In this document: positions 49,548 through 59,067 of the stretch, one piece after another
Layout of the letters: each line of letters begins with the position of its first letter
How positions within the stretch are numbered: position 1 is the first letter of the stretch
DNA from: Patescibacteria group bacterium
Lineage (GTDB): Bacteria; Patescibacteriota; Patescibacteriia; UBA10025; JAHIVO01
Assembly (NCBI GenBank): GCA_049325535.1
Contig: JBMOKY010000001.1
Location: 557,942-621,941 of the forward strand
Direction of reading: 5' to 3'
DNA length: 64,000 bases
Made by a program: the position numbers and the translations under genes
Notes under the pieces: model-generated
The model's input: only the letters and a program-made list of their open reading frames with translations
What the model was told of the DNA's origin: nothing
The model's database searches: none

Positions 49548-51413
49548 ATGTTCGCTGAAGTCATACTTTCACAACGATTTCCCAAACATCTGGGAATTTT
49601 TGACTACGCCATACCTGACGATTTGACACCGTCAATCAGTCTTGGGATGGCAGTGCGCATTCCGTTTAGAAGCAGTATTCGCGAAGGGGTTGTCATCCGG
49701 ATAAAAAAACGGTCCGCAATCTCAAAAAAAATAAAAAATATTCTCGGCGTCATTGGCGACATCCCTTTGCTCAGCGCCGAGCAGATTCTGCTGGCCGAAT
49801 GGGTAGCGCAGTACTATGCCGTCTCAATCGGTACGGTCATCAAGACTATGCTGCCCCCAATACCCAAGCAGAAAAGGGCAGTTGTGGAGCCTTCGTTGAC
49901 GTCGACGACGATACTGCCTGACTCACGCATGGCAACCGCGGTACGCGGCATAAAACGATCGACGAGGCACATCCTCTTCGTTCCTTCAGCGGCGGAACAG
50001 TCGGGAGCATTTTATCGAGCGTTTTTATCGCAGTCAACCACTCAAACATTGATTATCGTTCCAGAAACTGATTGCATCCATCGCATCGCCAGTTACGTGC
50101 CAGTGGGTCGCCACAAACACGTAATTCCATTTCACGGCGGACTAAACACAACGCAAGCCTACCATCACTGGCGGCGGATCCAGTCCGATTCGCAGGCAAT
50201 CATCATTGGAACGAAACAAGCACTATTTGCGCCGATACATAATCTCTCAGCAGTCATCATCGACCGCGAAGAAAACCAAAATCACCACCAATCAGACCAA
50301 AATCCCCGCTTTGATGCCCGCATCGTTGCCCGACAGTTAGTGGCTATTCATCAGTCTCAGCTTATCAGCCTATCGCCCGCCCCATCCGTCACCACCTATG
50401 CGCAAGTCGAACGACAACACGCACAACTTGTGCAACCGTACTCTGTATCGACGCGCCAATCACATGTCATTGACATGCGCACTGAACGAAAAAATAAAAA
50501 TTTTTCAGTTCTTTCTGAAGCGGTTACGGATGCCATGCGCGAAACTCTATCCAAGCAGAAAAAAGTCGTATTGATTATCAACAAACGAGGTGCGGCAGCA
50601 GCCATGATGTGCCGGGATTGCGGTTTAGTTGTTCCCTGCCCATCCTGCGGCCAACCACTCGCCTACCATCATCAGCCTGAGCAGTTATTTTGCCACCGAT
50701 GCAATACTAAGGCTGAGGTACCGCTCTTTTGTTCGAATTGCGGCGGCACCACGCTGATTGCAAGTGGTATCGGCACTCAATCAGTGGAATCATACGTTCG
50801 TTCGCAGTTTCCATCTGCGCATTGCGAACGCATCGACGGTGACACGCCGGATATCGACCATATTTCCGGTGAAGTAATTATCGGCACGACACGCGTGTTG
50901 CCGATGATCCAATGGCAATCGATCGGAACCGCCTGCGTTATTTCAGCAGACACGTTTTTACACCTTGCGGATTACCGAGCTGCTGAACGTACCTGGCAGC
51001 TCCTTTCCTATCTGAATTTTCACACACTCTGTCCTTTATTTATTCAAACGTTTACCCCTGACATGCCGATCTTCCAATTTTTTCCGGGTAACATGAAGCA
51101 GTTCTACAGCCTCGAATTAGCACAGCGAAAGAAACTGGGGTATCCGCCGTTCGGCTCATTGATTAAACTCATGTACCAGCACACTGATAAGACTTCGGCG
51201 GTCCGCGAGGCTACCCGTCTGTATTCCAGACTCAATGCCACACCTCTCGACACACACGTCATAACACCGCTGCGGCCCTTTCAGCACAAAAAATGGACGA
51301 TGTACATCTTACTGAGGTATAGTCCTCAGACACCCAAATCGATCATCAGCCGAGTGCTCCAGCAGTTGCCTGACGGCTGGCAGATCGACCGCGATCCAGA
51401 AACAATATTATAA
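49548..51413 (+). CDS. priA: Primosomal protein N' (helicase motifs degenerate)
   Basis: 3'-binding domain 'FDY..P...GMAVRIPF', eight-Cys Zn region, 'YPPF', C-terminal 'IDRDP'. Confidence 0.9.
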   Translation: MFAEVILSQRFPKHLGIFDYAIPDDLTPSISLGMAVRIPFRSSIREGVVIRIKKRSAISKKIKNILGVIGDIPLLSAEQILLAEWVAQYYAVSIGTVIKTMLPPIPKQKRAVVEPSLTSTTILPDSRMATAVRGIKRSTRHILFVPSAAEQSGAFYRAFLSQSTTQTLIIVPETDCIHRIASYVPVGRHKHVIPFHGGLNTTQAYHHWRRIQSDSQAIIIGTKQALFAPIHNLSAVIIDREENQNHHQSDQNPRFDARIVARQLVAIHQSQLISLSPAPSVTTYAQVERQHAQLVQPYSVSTRQSHVIDMRTERKNKNFSVLSEAVTDAMRETLSKQKKVVLIINKRGAAAAMMCRDCGLVVPCPSCGQPLAYHHQPEQLFCHRCNTKAEVPLFCSNCGGTTLIASGIGTQSVESYVRSQFPSAHCERIDGDTPDIDHISGEVIIGTTRVLPMIQWQSIGTACVISADTFLHLADYRAAERTWQLLSYLNFHTLCPLFIQTFTPDMPIFQFFPGNMKQFYSLELAQRKKLGYPPFGSLIKLMYQHTDKTSAVREATRLYSRLNATPLDTHVITPLRPFQHKKWTMYILLRYSPQTPKSIISRVLQQLPDGWQIDRDPETIL

Positions 51414-51446
51414 AAAACGGGGACCACGTGGTCCCCGTTTAATTTT
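51412..51446. terminator. Perfect 26-bp palindrome, probable bidirectional terminator
   Basis: AAACGGGGACCAC|GTGGTCCCCGTTT (51415-51440) between convergent genes. Confidence 0.75.
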
Positions 51447-51460
51447 GGATCATGCATACG

Positions 51461-51709
51461 TCAGACGCACACATCCGTCGCAAAAAGGAAGCATACGGGC
51501 GGCGTCCAAGGAATGACATAGATCGGCTGATCGCCATTGATCCGAGTAAAAACGGAATCGATTGATACGCAATCAGCAAAGGAGACATATGCGCCGCAAG
51601 AGCAACGGGCGAAAAACCCCGCATGGTTGGAACCTTCACTGATGGTGACTGTTCCGGCACAGTGTGGGTTCAGGCAATGTGCATTACTCTGCCGAGTGCT
51701 TGTCTTCAT
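51461..51709 (-). CDS. Orphan small Cys-rich protein (putative Zn ribbon)
   Basis: AAGGAGG before ATG 51709; 'CLNPHC', 'CSCG'. Confidence 0.6.
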   Translation of the reverse strand: MKTSTRQSNAHCLNPHCAGTVTISEGSNHAGFFARCSCGAYVSFADCVSIDSVFTRINGDQPIYVIPWTPPVCFLFATDVCV

Positions 51710-51857
51710 GACCAACCTCCTTTCTTGGGCTATCAGTACGGTCGTCGATATGTTGCTGATGCTCTACGCAGACGCACGTAACCGAACGGGCATACATCCC
51801 AAATGCATGCGCAGCGGCACGGACAAGACAGTCAGGACATGACGAAAAAGCGTTCAT
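51684..51857 (-). CDS. Orphan small Cys/His-rich protein
   Basis: AGGAGG before ATG 51857; 'CPDC', 'CVCVEH'. Confidence 0.5.
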   Translation of the reverse strand: MNAFSSCPDCLVRAAAHAFGMYARSVTCVCVEHQQHIDDRTDSPRKEVGHEDKHSAE

Positions 51858-51897
51858 ACTATCCTCCTGGCAGCAATGTGAAAGAGCGTTGTGATAC

Positions 51898-52080
51898 AAA
51901 AAATGACCGCTCGGTGCGGTCAGTGTTTGTTCTCGTAAAACGATTTAGCGTCTATTGTGCATACGTCAAACGTCTGACCGCGGCAGGTCAATAAAGAGTG
52001 AGAGATTAAACAAAACGTTTGAACTGTATGGCATATTCATAGATTCCCAAACAGTCTAGCATATCATGCAAACCTGTCAA
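51898..52080 (-). promoter_or_regulatory. Candidate leader-peptide transcription attenuator
   Basis: Promoter TTGACA-16-TAGACT; 24-aa leader ORF 52040-51966; mutually exclusive 1:2, 2:3 and 3:4+U6 pairings. Confidence 0.6.
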
Positions 52081-52151
52081 TCGAATAAGTCTTTACAAAA
52101 AACTATAAAGCAAGTATAATACCTTTACTTAGCCAAAATTTGGTCGAACAT

Positions 52152-52640
52152 ATGGCAAAAAAACTTACCATCATAACCCATCCACACCCGACATTACGGA
52201 AAAAAGCGGAAACTCTTGACTTACATGACATACCGAAACTGAAAGGTTTTATTGACGATATGAAAAAAACCATGCATGAAGCCAATGGCATCGGGCTTGC
52301 TGCGCCCCAAGTCGACGTATCCCGCCGAATAGTAGTGATCAGCACCAAAGACGGTGATATTGCCCTCATCAATCCGGAAATCTCAAAAAAATCATTCAAA
52401 AAAGAGGAGGGTGAAGAAGGATGTTTATCTATTCCTGGTGTTTTTGGTCTCGTCAAGAGACACTATAGTATAACGGTACAAGCCTATACGGAACAAGCCA
52501 AAAAAATTAAATTTACCGCCTCGGGCCTCTTTGCGCGGGTGATTCAGCACGAAGTAGACCATATCAACGGTATTTTGTTCATCGATCGGACAAAAAAAAT
52601 AATGACCGGCGATAACACGGATGTCACGCAAAATATTTAA
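52152..52640 (+). CDS. def: Peptide deformylase
   Basis: 'GIGLAAPQ', 'EGCLS', 'QHEVDH'. Confidence 0.97.
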   Translation: MAKKLTIITHPHPTLRKKAETLDLHDIPKLKGFIDDMKKTMHEANGIGLAAPQVDVSRRIVVISTKDGDIALINPEISKKSFKKEEGEEGCLSIPGVFGLVKRHYSITVQAYTEQAKKIKFTASGLFARVIQHEVDHINGILFIDRTKKIMTGDNTDVTQNI

Positions 52641-53565
52641 TATCGTTTTTGCCGGAACTCCCGATTTTGCGGTACCCACCCTCACCGCGCTCGCCAACCA
52701 TTCAGCCATCAATGTCATAGCTGTCCTGACACAGCCGGATCGCCCGCTCGGTCGACGGCAAATCATCACCCCGCCACCGGTCAAACGGGCAGCGATCGAT
52801 CTGGGCATACCAATACTACAACCACGAAGCATCAAAAATCCATCTTTTATGCGCACCCTGGCTTCGTACGCTCCAGATGCGGTAGTACTGGTCGCATACG
52901 GTAAAATTATTACTCCTGCCCTCCTGGCCATCCCGCATTTTGGCTGGGTAAATATTCACGCGTCGCTACTCCCCAAATACCGGGGGGCCTCGCCAATTCA
53001 GGCTGCTCTGCTCCATGGGGATGTCCAAACCGGCGTAACTCTGATACGGCTTGACGAAGGTCTCGACACGGGTCCGCTTATCGCCCAACGCACCATACCG
53101 ATTCGCCCCACTGACACAGCCGGCTCCCTACACGATTCACTCGCATCCCTGGGTGCGACCATAGCGGCTGAAGCATTACCAGAATACCTATCGGGGACGC
53201 TCACTCCCCATCCTCAGGCGACAACCAGCCAAGCGCCGACCACAACCATAAAAACGGAACAGGCGCGTATCGACTGGCGCCAATCAGATGTGCAAATTCT
53301 CCGTCATATCCGCGCGTATACACCCTGGCCAGGCGCGTATACCGTCTGGTCAGGAAAACGATTCATCATCATCGAGGCAACTACGACCGCACATACTGTC
53401 CTCGCTCCGGGGCACGCCGCTGTATATAAAAAATCCCTGTTGGTGGGAACCGGAACTCGTCCAATTTCAGTATTGACCGCCCAACTTGCAGGAAAAAAGC
53501 CTCAGTCATCCACGATAATTCTCAATGGATACCCGAAATTGGGCGAAGCAGTATTTTCTGATTAG
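52621..53565 (+). CDS. fmt: Methionyl-tRNA formyltransferase
   Basis: 'GTPDFA', 'TQPDRP', 'NIHASLLPKYRGASP', 'LDTG'. Confidence 0.96.
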   Translation: MSRKIFNIVFAGTPDFAVPTLTALANHSAINVIAVLTQPDRPLGRRQIITPPPVKRAAIDLGIPILQPRSIKNPSFMRTLASYAPDAVVLVAYGKIITPALLAIPHFGWVNIHASLLPKYRGASPIQAALLHGDVQTGVTLIRLDEGLDTGPLIAQRTIPIRPTDTAGSLHDSLASLGATIAAEALPEYLSGTLTPHPQATTSQAPTTTIKTEQARIDWRQSDVQILRHIRAYTPWPGAYTVWSGKRFIIIEATTTAHTVLAPGHAAVYKKSLLVGTGTRPISVLTAQLAGKKPQSSTIILNGYPKLGEAVFSD

Positions 53566-55067
53566 CCAGTCTTTCTAAATTTCTGGGTCACGTCAAAACC
53601 AAGGTATTTACCCAGCATCAATCGCGTTTGGGCATCGAGTGCCGGTATAGCACCCCACCCAATCAGTGTCACCGGAATGAATACCCACTGAACTATCATA
53701 AAAATGTATTTCCATCGATTGTGCCGACTTGGCCGCTTCGGTAATAATGTCGCGCCCAAAACAGCTTGAGTCAGTAATCCGAGCATAGCGGCTGACATAA
53801 GCAACTGGAGCAAATGTGGAGCGCTTTGCGACAGCAAATCCGGATATTGCCGGTGATTCGCCAGCCATATCGGCAGTTGGCCCATGATAAATATGAGAAT
53901 GGGAGCAGTCGCCCATGAGTACACTCCTTCCAGCTGATTAAACATATAGCGGAATTTTTGAATAAAAGGCATGCGGGAATTCCGTCCGAAATTCCAAATC
54001 ATATAGGGGAAATTTTCTACCCCATACGCCCACCGGCGCTGTTGGATATACTGATTTTTCAGAGACTGCCAAAAACTGCGTCCGAGGACCACGTCCATCG
54101 ATACAGGTATATGCAGCGGTATCACCTGATAGTGCCCGTCGTACTCCATGTAACACTGCAGGCAGATGCGGGAATCCTCAGTGACGATATCCGCTTGCCA
54201 AAAACCGACATCAACCAACGCCTGCAGACTCATGCTATGTGATGAAAAAGTAAACATGCGTTCTGGCCTGCTCTGCTCGCCCATCAGCCAGAAGGTCGTG
54301 CTGTAGGCTATGATCCGTGTCAGTGCCGGTGAATCCCATATATTATTGTTAAATAATGCCAGGGGTTGGTAACTTGCTCGCGTCGGCTCCGGCTGAGTGA
54401 TGTATGTCTCGGTCAGATGCGTAAAGTAGTCAGGATGAACGACGGTATCGCTGTCAAATGACGAAACTATAACGTGGTCGTACGGAAGTTGCAGACTGTC
54501 TATCAATTCTTGTGCCCGTCGGCCAGCCCATGCCATGTTTGATCCTTTGCCGGCGACTTCACCGGATATCCCCGCCGGATGCACAGTTACTAAAAACCTA
54601 AAGAATTTTCCGGCGTACTCATGGCGAATCTGTTGTGCCACATCGTGAAAGTGTTTTTCATCACGTTGTTCGCCAGCCAATACCACAATCATTTTTTCGA
54701 GTGGATATCGATTTGCCACCAATGCGTCGAACGTGGACTTGAGCACGACAAAATCTTCTTGGTACGTTGGGATGAACACTAAATGATAGTAGGTGTCCCA
54801 GTGAGCATGGCGCTGTACTCGCGAAAGCCAGTCAACTCGCAGTGCCCGGCGATACCTGATATACGAAATGACCACAAAAACAATCATGTACAAAATCCTG
54901 ACTAACCAGTACAGATCAAAAATAATGATAAAGTAAATTGCCCAGATCGGCTGGATAAAAGAAATAACCAGCGCACCACCGATGGTGGTCCATGACAGCA
55001 AACCTGGTATGATTTCCAGAATTCGGTATTTACGATACGATGATAATCGAGAAAACGGCCAGAGCAT
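53562..55067 (-). CDS. Membrane-bound glycosyltransferase family 2
   Basis: 'IPTYQE', 'GKGSN', DxD 'FDSD', 'TED', 'QQRRW'. Confidence 0.88.
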   Translation of the reverse strand: MLWPFSRLSSYRKYRILEIIPGLLSWTTIGGALVISFIQPIWAIYFIIIFDLYWLVRILYMIVFVVISYIRYRRALRVDWLSRVQRHAHWDTYYHLVFIPTYQEDFVVLKSTFDALVANRYPLEKMIVVLAGEQRDEKHFHDVAQQIRHEYAGKFFRFLVTVHPAGISGEVAGKGSNMAWAGRRAQELIDSLQLPYDHVIVSSFDSDTVVHPDYFTHLTETYITQPEPTRASYQPLALFNNNIWDSPALTRIIAYSTTFWLMGEQSRPERMFTFSSHSMSLQALVDVGFWQADIVTEDSRICLQCYMEYDGHYQVIPLHIPVSMDVVLGRSFWQSLKNQYIQQRRWAYGVENFPYMIWNFGRNSRMPFIQKFRYMFNQLEGVYSWATAPILIFIMGQLPIWLANHRQYPDLLSQSAPHLLQLLMSAAMLGLLTQAVLGATLLPKRPSRHNRWKYIFMIVQWVFIPVTLIGWGAIPALDAQTRLMLGKYLGFDVTQKFRKTG

Positions 55068-55074
55068 AGATACG

Positions 55075-55107
55075 AAAACTCGCTATCACCGAGGCAATAG
55101 CGAGTTG
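55075..55107 (-). terminator. Intrinsic terminator after the cupredoxin-like gene
   Basis: AACTCGCTAT...ATAGCGAGTT-TT on the - strand. Confidence 0.6.
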
Positions 55108-55120
55108 TGTAGACAATATG

Positions 55121-55546
55121 TTATTCGACTATTACTTTCCCCTTTTTTATCGGGTTCAAGTCATCGTGGTACCCAAATTCACCGGCAGTCGTGAATGTAA
55201 AGGTATAACTATCGTCCTGTTGCAGTTCGTCTGATAGAAGCTCGGGTAGATCACTATTGCCCGGATACGGATCGGAAGCAACTTTCCGAGCGATCATATC
55301 TTTATTTACCCAGGTGACGGTCTCCCCGGCTGATACGGTGACTACTGACGGGTTAAAGCTCCCATTTTCAATCCAGACGGTGTTTGCTGGTGGTTGTTCT
55401 CGCACCACCTGAGGGGCAGTATTGGTAGTGGTGTTTGTATTGGTGTTCGTGGTCGAACTCTCATCCTGCATAAAGTACCACACCAATGCACCGCCAACCA
55501 CGATAACTAATATGATGAGGACGGTGGCAATCGTTTTATTATTCAT
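55121..55546 (-). CDS. Membrane-anchored cupredoxin-fold protein
   Basis: 'FNPSVVTVSAGETVTWVN', 'YTFTFTTAGEFGYH', 'GKVIV'. Confidence 0.8.
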   Translation of the reverse strand: MNNKTIATVLIILVIVVGGALVWYFMQDESSTTNTNTNTTTNTAPQVVREQPPANTVWIENGSFNPSVVTVSAGETVTWVNKDMIARKVASDPYPGNSDLPELLSDELQQDDSYTFTFTTAGEFGYHDDLNPIKKGKVIVE

Positions 55547-55561
55547 AGTACGGTATAGGAA

Positions 55562-56560
55562 TTATTTATTAAAATGGATAAATTTTTTGAATTGATATGA
55601 AACCACGGTGCGGCGATCTGATTTCGTTAGGAGACCGTGTTTCGCGCCGATCTTTCCGATCACTGCTCCTGCATTATGTATGGCTAATGCCGCTGACCTC
55701 TCAAAATTTCCCCGATATCGTATCATCCCGGCCAAAAAACCAGAACCGAACGCGTCCCCCGCACCTGTCATGTCCACACCATGCACTGGATGTATTATAA
55801 CATGTCCGGCGGTCTTGTCCATCAAATAATACGCTCCTGCCGCACCATCGGTTATCCAAATAATACCTGGGGTAAAATCACGAAGTCGACTGAGCATCCC
55901 CGGTATATTGCTGTATGCGCGCCCAGCAAGCGCAGCTGCTTCTTCACGATTTACCAGCACTATATCGACATACCGCATCAATGAACGCAAGCGTTTGCTG
56001 TGATCAACTATTTCACGCTTACCAGGGTTTATCATGATACGTGCCTTATGATCATGGGCGAGATGGATTGCCTTTGACAGTGCCGATACATTTCCTCCAA
56101 GAGAAGTCAGATACACCCACTGCGTTTTTTTGAAGATTGCCGGCGTCAGCTCAGCCGGACGGAAAACCTGAGTAGCCCCACGATATACCAGTATCGTTCG
56201 CTCGCCGGTGCGGCCGAGAAAAATGATACCCTGTCCAGTACGCTCTTTCCGATCCACGATCAGATGAGCGGCGATACCGCGTCGTTTCAATTCATGACGA
56301 ACATCGACCCCGGCACCGTCACTTCCAATTCGCGCAACACAAGCGGTACGCAAATCTTGATTTCGAAAAGTAGCCGCGGCATTCGTGGCCCCTCCGCCTA
56401 TTTCGAAAAAGATATCGTCTAGCTCGATTTTGGTCCCAAAACTGAAAAACTCAGCCAGTCCCGAAACACGGCGAGGATCCTCCTGCACATGAAACTTCGT
56501 GCTAAACACGTAAATATCCTGAGTTGCCGATCCGATAGTGGTGACGTCGTACGTACGCAT
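55562..56560 (-). CDS. PfkB family carbohydrate kinase
   Basis: 'GGGATN', 'NREEA', 'DMTGAGDAFGSGF'. Confidence 0.92.
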   Translation of the reverse strand: MRTYDVTTIGSATQDIYVFSTKFHVQEDPRRVSGLAEFFSFGTKIELDDIFFEIGGGATNAAATFRNQDLRTACVARIGSDGAGVDVRHELKRRGIAAHLIVDRKERTGQGIIFLGRTGERTILVYRGATQVFRPAELTPAIFKKTQWVYLTSLGGNVSALSKAIHLAHDHKARIMINPGKREIVDHSKRLRSLMRYVDIVLVNREEAAALAGRAYSNIPGMLSRLRDFTPGIIWITDGAAGAYYLMDKTAGHVIIHPVHGVDMTGAGDAFGSGFLAGMIRYRGNFERSAALAIHNAGAVIGKIGAKHGLLTKSDRRTVVSYQFKKFIHFNK

Positions 56561-56562
56561 AA

Positions 56563-58416
56563 TTAAACGAGAGTGAGTGCTGCCTGTATGATAGCACGTT
56601 TATCAATACCTTCGTAGGCCAGCAGCCGTTCGGGCGGTCCGCTTCGTGGCATTTTGGTAACGGCCAGAGACACAATCGGAACACGGGAGCCATAGAGCGC
56701 GCTTTTTATCGACTCCCCAATGCCGCCAGCCAGATAATGATCCTCAACAACAATCATACCGCGAGTTTCCTTCAGTGCACGACGGAGCGTAGGCTGATCA
56801 AGTGGCTTTATGCTGTACACATCGATGACGCGCGCCCACACACCATACCGTGAACGTAATTCATCATAGGCAGATAGTGCCTGATGGAGCGTGACCCCAG
56901 CGGCCACGATGGTAATCTGATCACGTTTGCTCCGCCGAAGGGTATGGCTCCCGCCGATTCGAAAACGGGAGCTGAACGAATACACCGGTGGCAGAGTTGA
57001 ACGAGTGCTCCGCACATACGTGATACCTGACTGCTGAAGTGCTAATCGGACGAGCTGACGAGCGGATATGGCATCCCCGGGATACAGTACCACTGAATTA
57101 TGAAGGCTCCGAAATAATGAAATATCTTCGAGCGCCATTTGTGACGGGCCGTCCTTACCAATAGCCACGCCCGGATGCGACCCAATGCATAGCAATGGAA
57201 CAGCGGCATACTGGGCCATCCGAATCTGATCAACGGCGCGGGTAAAAAAAGCGGCGAATGTTGAAATGACGGGCCGCATTCCGCGACGAGCCATCCCGAC
57301 GGCTACGCCAACCATATTCTGCTCGGCTATGAACATTTCAAAAAAACGGGATGGTAGGGCCGTACGACACACGTCAAATTTTGTCGAATTGCTCACTTCC
57401 GCATCCAAAACCACAATCCTTTGATTCCGCTTGCCCGCCTGAGCAACCGCCAATCCGCATGCTTCACGAATACTCATTGAGCGATGGGGGGCAGACAGCA
57501 TGACCGAAGGATTATGTAGCAGTCGTCGAGCTTTTCGATTGAGCGGGGCGACAACTGTACCTCGGATTGCGGAATTTGTTTTTGGGAATTCTATAAGCGC
57601 CCTGCGGTATTGCTCTGGATACAGCGCCTTTCCATGCCATCCATTTTTATTTTCCATAAATGAAATCCCCTTACCTTTTATAGTCCGGGCGATTATCATA
57701 GTCGGACGGGCACTCGTGAGCGAACGGCGATAGACGCGGAGAAGCTCAACCAACGAGTGACCGTCAACGATATGTGTATTCCAGCCAAAAGCTGCGATAC
57801 GGCGACGATAGGCGGAAACATTATGGCCGTACATCGTTTCTCCCCGCTGTCCGAGACGATTGACGTCAATGATGCCGGTCAGTGAACGTAACCGATAGTG
57901 TGCGGCTAACTGGATTGCCTCCCAGTTTGACCCTTCGGCCAGTTCACTGTCACCGAGCAATACATACGTTCGGTAGGGCAGCCGCGCCACGTGCTCAGCA
58001 TACAGCGCCTCCCCCACTCCAATCGACAATCCCTGCCCCAGTGACCCAGTCGGAGCCTCTGTAAAAGAAAATCGCATGCCGGGATGACCCTCGAGTTCAC
58101 TGTCAAACTGACGGAAGGTATCCAGTTTTTTTGGATTTACACCGCCCGCCGCCGCCCATAATGCATAAAACAGTGGTGAAGCATGGCCTTTCGAGAATAT
58201 CAATCGATCGTTATTCTGGTACTGGGGCCGCCGCAGATCGAAACGAAATATTCCGCCGAACATCAATGCCACCATCAATTCAACCGCGGACAGTGATGAA
58301 GAAAGATGCCCAGACTGTGCCCGGCTGGTCATCTGGGTCATCCACAGACGGATCAGAGCACTGACCGATTCCAGCCGATGCTCGAGAATATTATTTTGGA
58401 ATTTTTTCCCAGTCAT
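56563..58416 (-). CDS. tkt: Transketolase
   Basis: 'SGH', 'SKGHA', 'TGSLGQG', ThDP motif 'GDSE...N', 'IAEQNMVG', 'DGPSQM'. Confidence 0.93.
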   Translation of the reverse strand: MTGKKFQNNILEHRLESVSALIRLWMTQMTSRAQSGHLSSSLSAVELMVALMFGGIFRFDLRRPQYQNNDRLIFSKGHASPLFYALWAAAGGVNPKKLDTFRQFDSELEGHPGMRFSFTEAPTGSLGQGLSIGVGEALYAEHVARLPYRTYVLLGDSELAEGSNWEAIQLAAHYRLRSLTGIIDVNRLGQRGETMYGHNVSAYRRRIAAFGWNTHIVDGHSLVELLRVYRRSLTSARPTMIIARTIKGKGISFMENKNGWHGKALYPEQYRRALIEFPKTNSAIRGTVVAPLNRKARRLLHNPSVMLSAPHRSMSIREACGLAVAQAGKRNQRIVVLDAEVSNSTKFDVCRTALPSRFFEMFIAEQNMVGVAVGMARRGMRPVISTFAAFFTRAVDQIRMAQYAAVPLLCIGSHPGVAIGKDGPSQMALEDISLFRSLHNSVVLYPGDAISARQLVRLALQQSGITYVRSTRSTLPPVYSFSSRFRIGGSHTLRRSKRDQITIVAAGVTLHQALSAYDELRSRYGVWARVIDVYSIKPLDQPTLRRALKETRGMIVVEDHYLAGGIGESIKSALYGSRVPIVSLAVTKMPRSGPPERLLAYEGIDKRAIIQAALTLV

Positions 58417-59059
58417 CGAGAAATTTTTTAATTCCCTTATCGGTTGCTGGATCACGATACATCTGTACCAGCACCTTTGACGGTACGGCAATCGCCGGTA
58501 TCACTGCCGTCTGCCCCTGAAAATTCAGGGTCAGAACTTTTTCCACATCTTTTTCAGTGCTGATCCCGCCGATAATCACTTCCATCTGATACCCAGCGCG
58601 CTGAACGGCGATCATAATGTCGTGAATCGTGTCGTATTCTGCCGTACTCAGCGCGGTCGTCGTCGCATCAAACACCGTAATAGCATGGGCACCTGCGCGG
58701 GCTGCTACCAACGCCTGCGTAACCGAATAAACCGGCGTGACATTTACTTTTATGTTCTTCGCCCGCAATTCCCGCACGGCGAGCAATCCCTCATCAGTCA
58801 TGGGAACCTTCACGACGATATTTTTTGCCAGTTTCGCTACTGTTTTTGCCTCTTCGATAATTTCATCGGCTGTCTGAGATACCACGTAGATATGAACCGG
58901 ACGATCAGAAATAGTGGCCAAAATATCATTGACCACATCCCCCAATCGCCGGTCGGCTTTACTGAGTAATGTCGGATTGGTCGTGATGCCATCGATTAGA
59001 CCTCGTTCTTCGGCCCATTCGATTTCTTTTAATATTGCGGTATCGAGATATACGTTCAT
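58391..59059 (-). CDS. Transaldolase/FSA family protein (degenerate phosphate site)
   Basis: 'LDTA', 'GITTNPT', Schiff-base 'VKVP', C-terminal 'TDKGIKKFLDDW'. Confidence 0.85.
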   Translation of the reverse strand: MNVYLDTAILKEIEWAEERGLIDGITTNPTLLSKADRRLGDVVNDILATISDRPVHIYVVSQTADEIIEEAKTVAKLAKNIVVKVPMTDEGLLAVRELRAKNIKVNVTPVYSVTQALVAARAGAHAITVFDATTTALSTAEYDTIHDIMIAVQRAGYQMEVIIGGISTEKDVEKVLTLNFQGQTAVIPAIAVPSKVLVQMYRDPATDKGIKKFLDDWEKIPK

Positions 59060-59067
59060 ACCATGTG

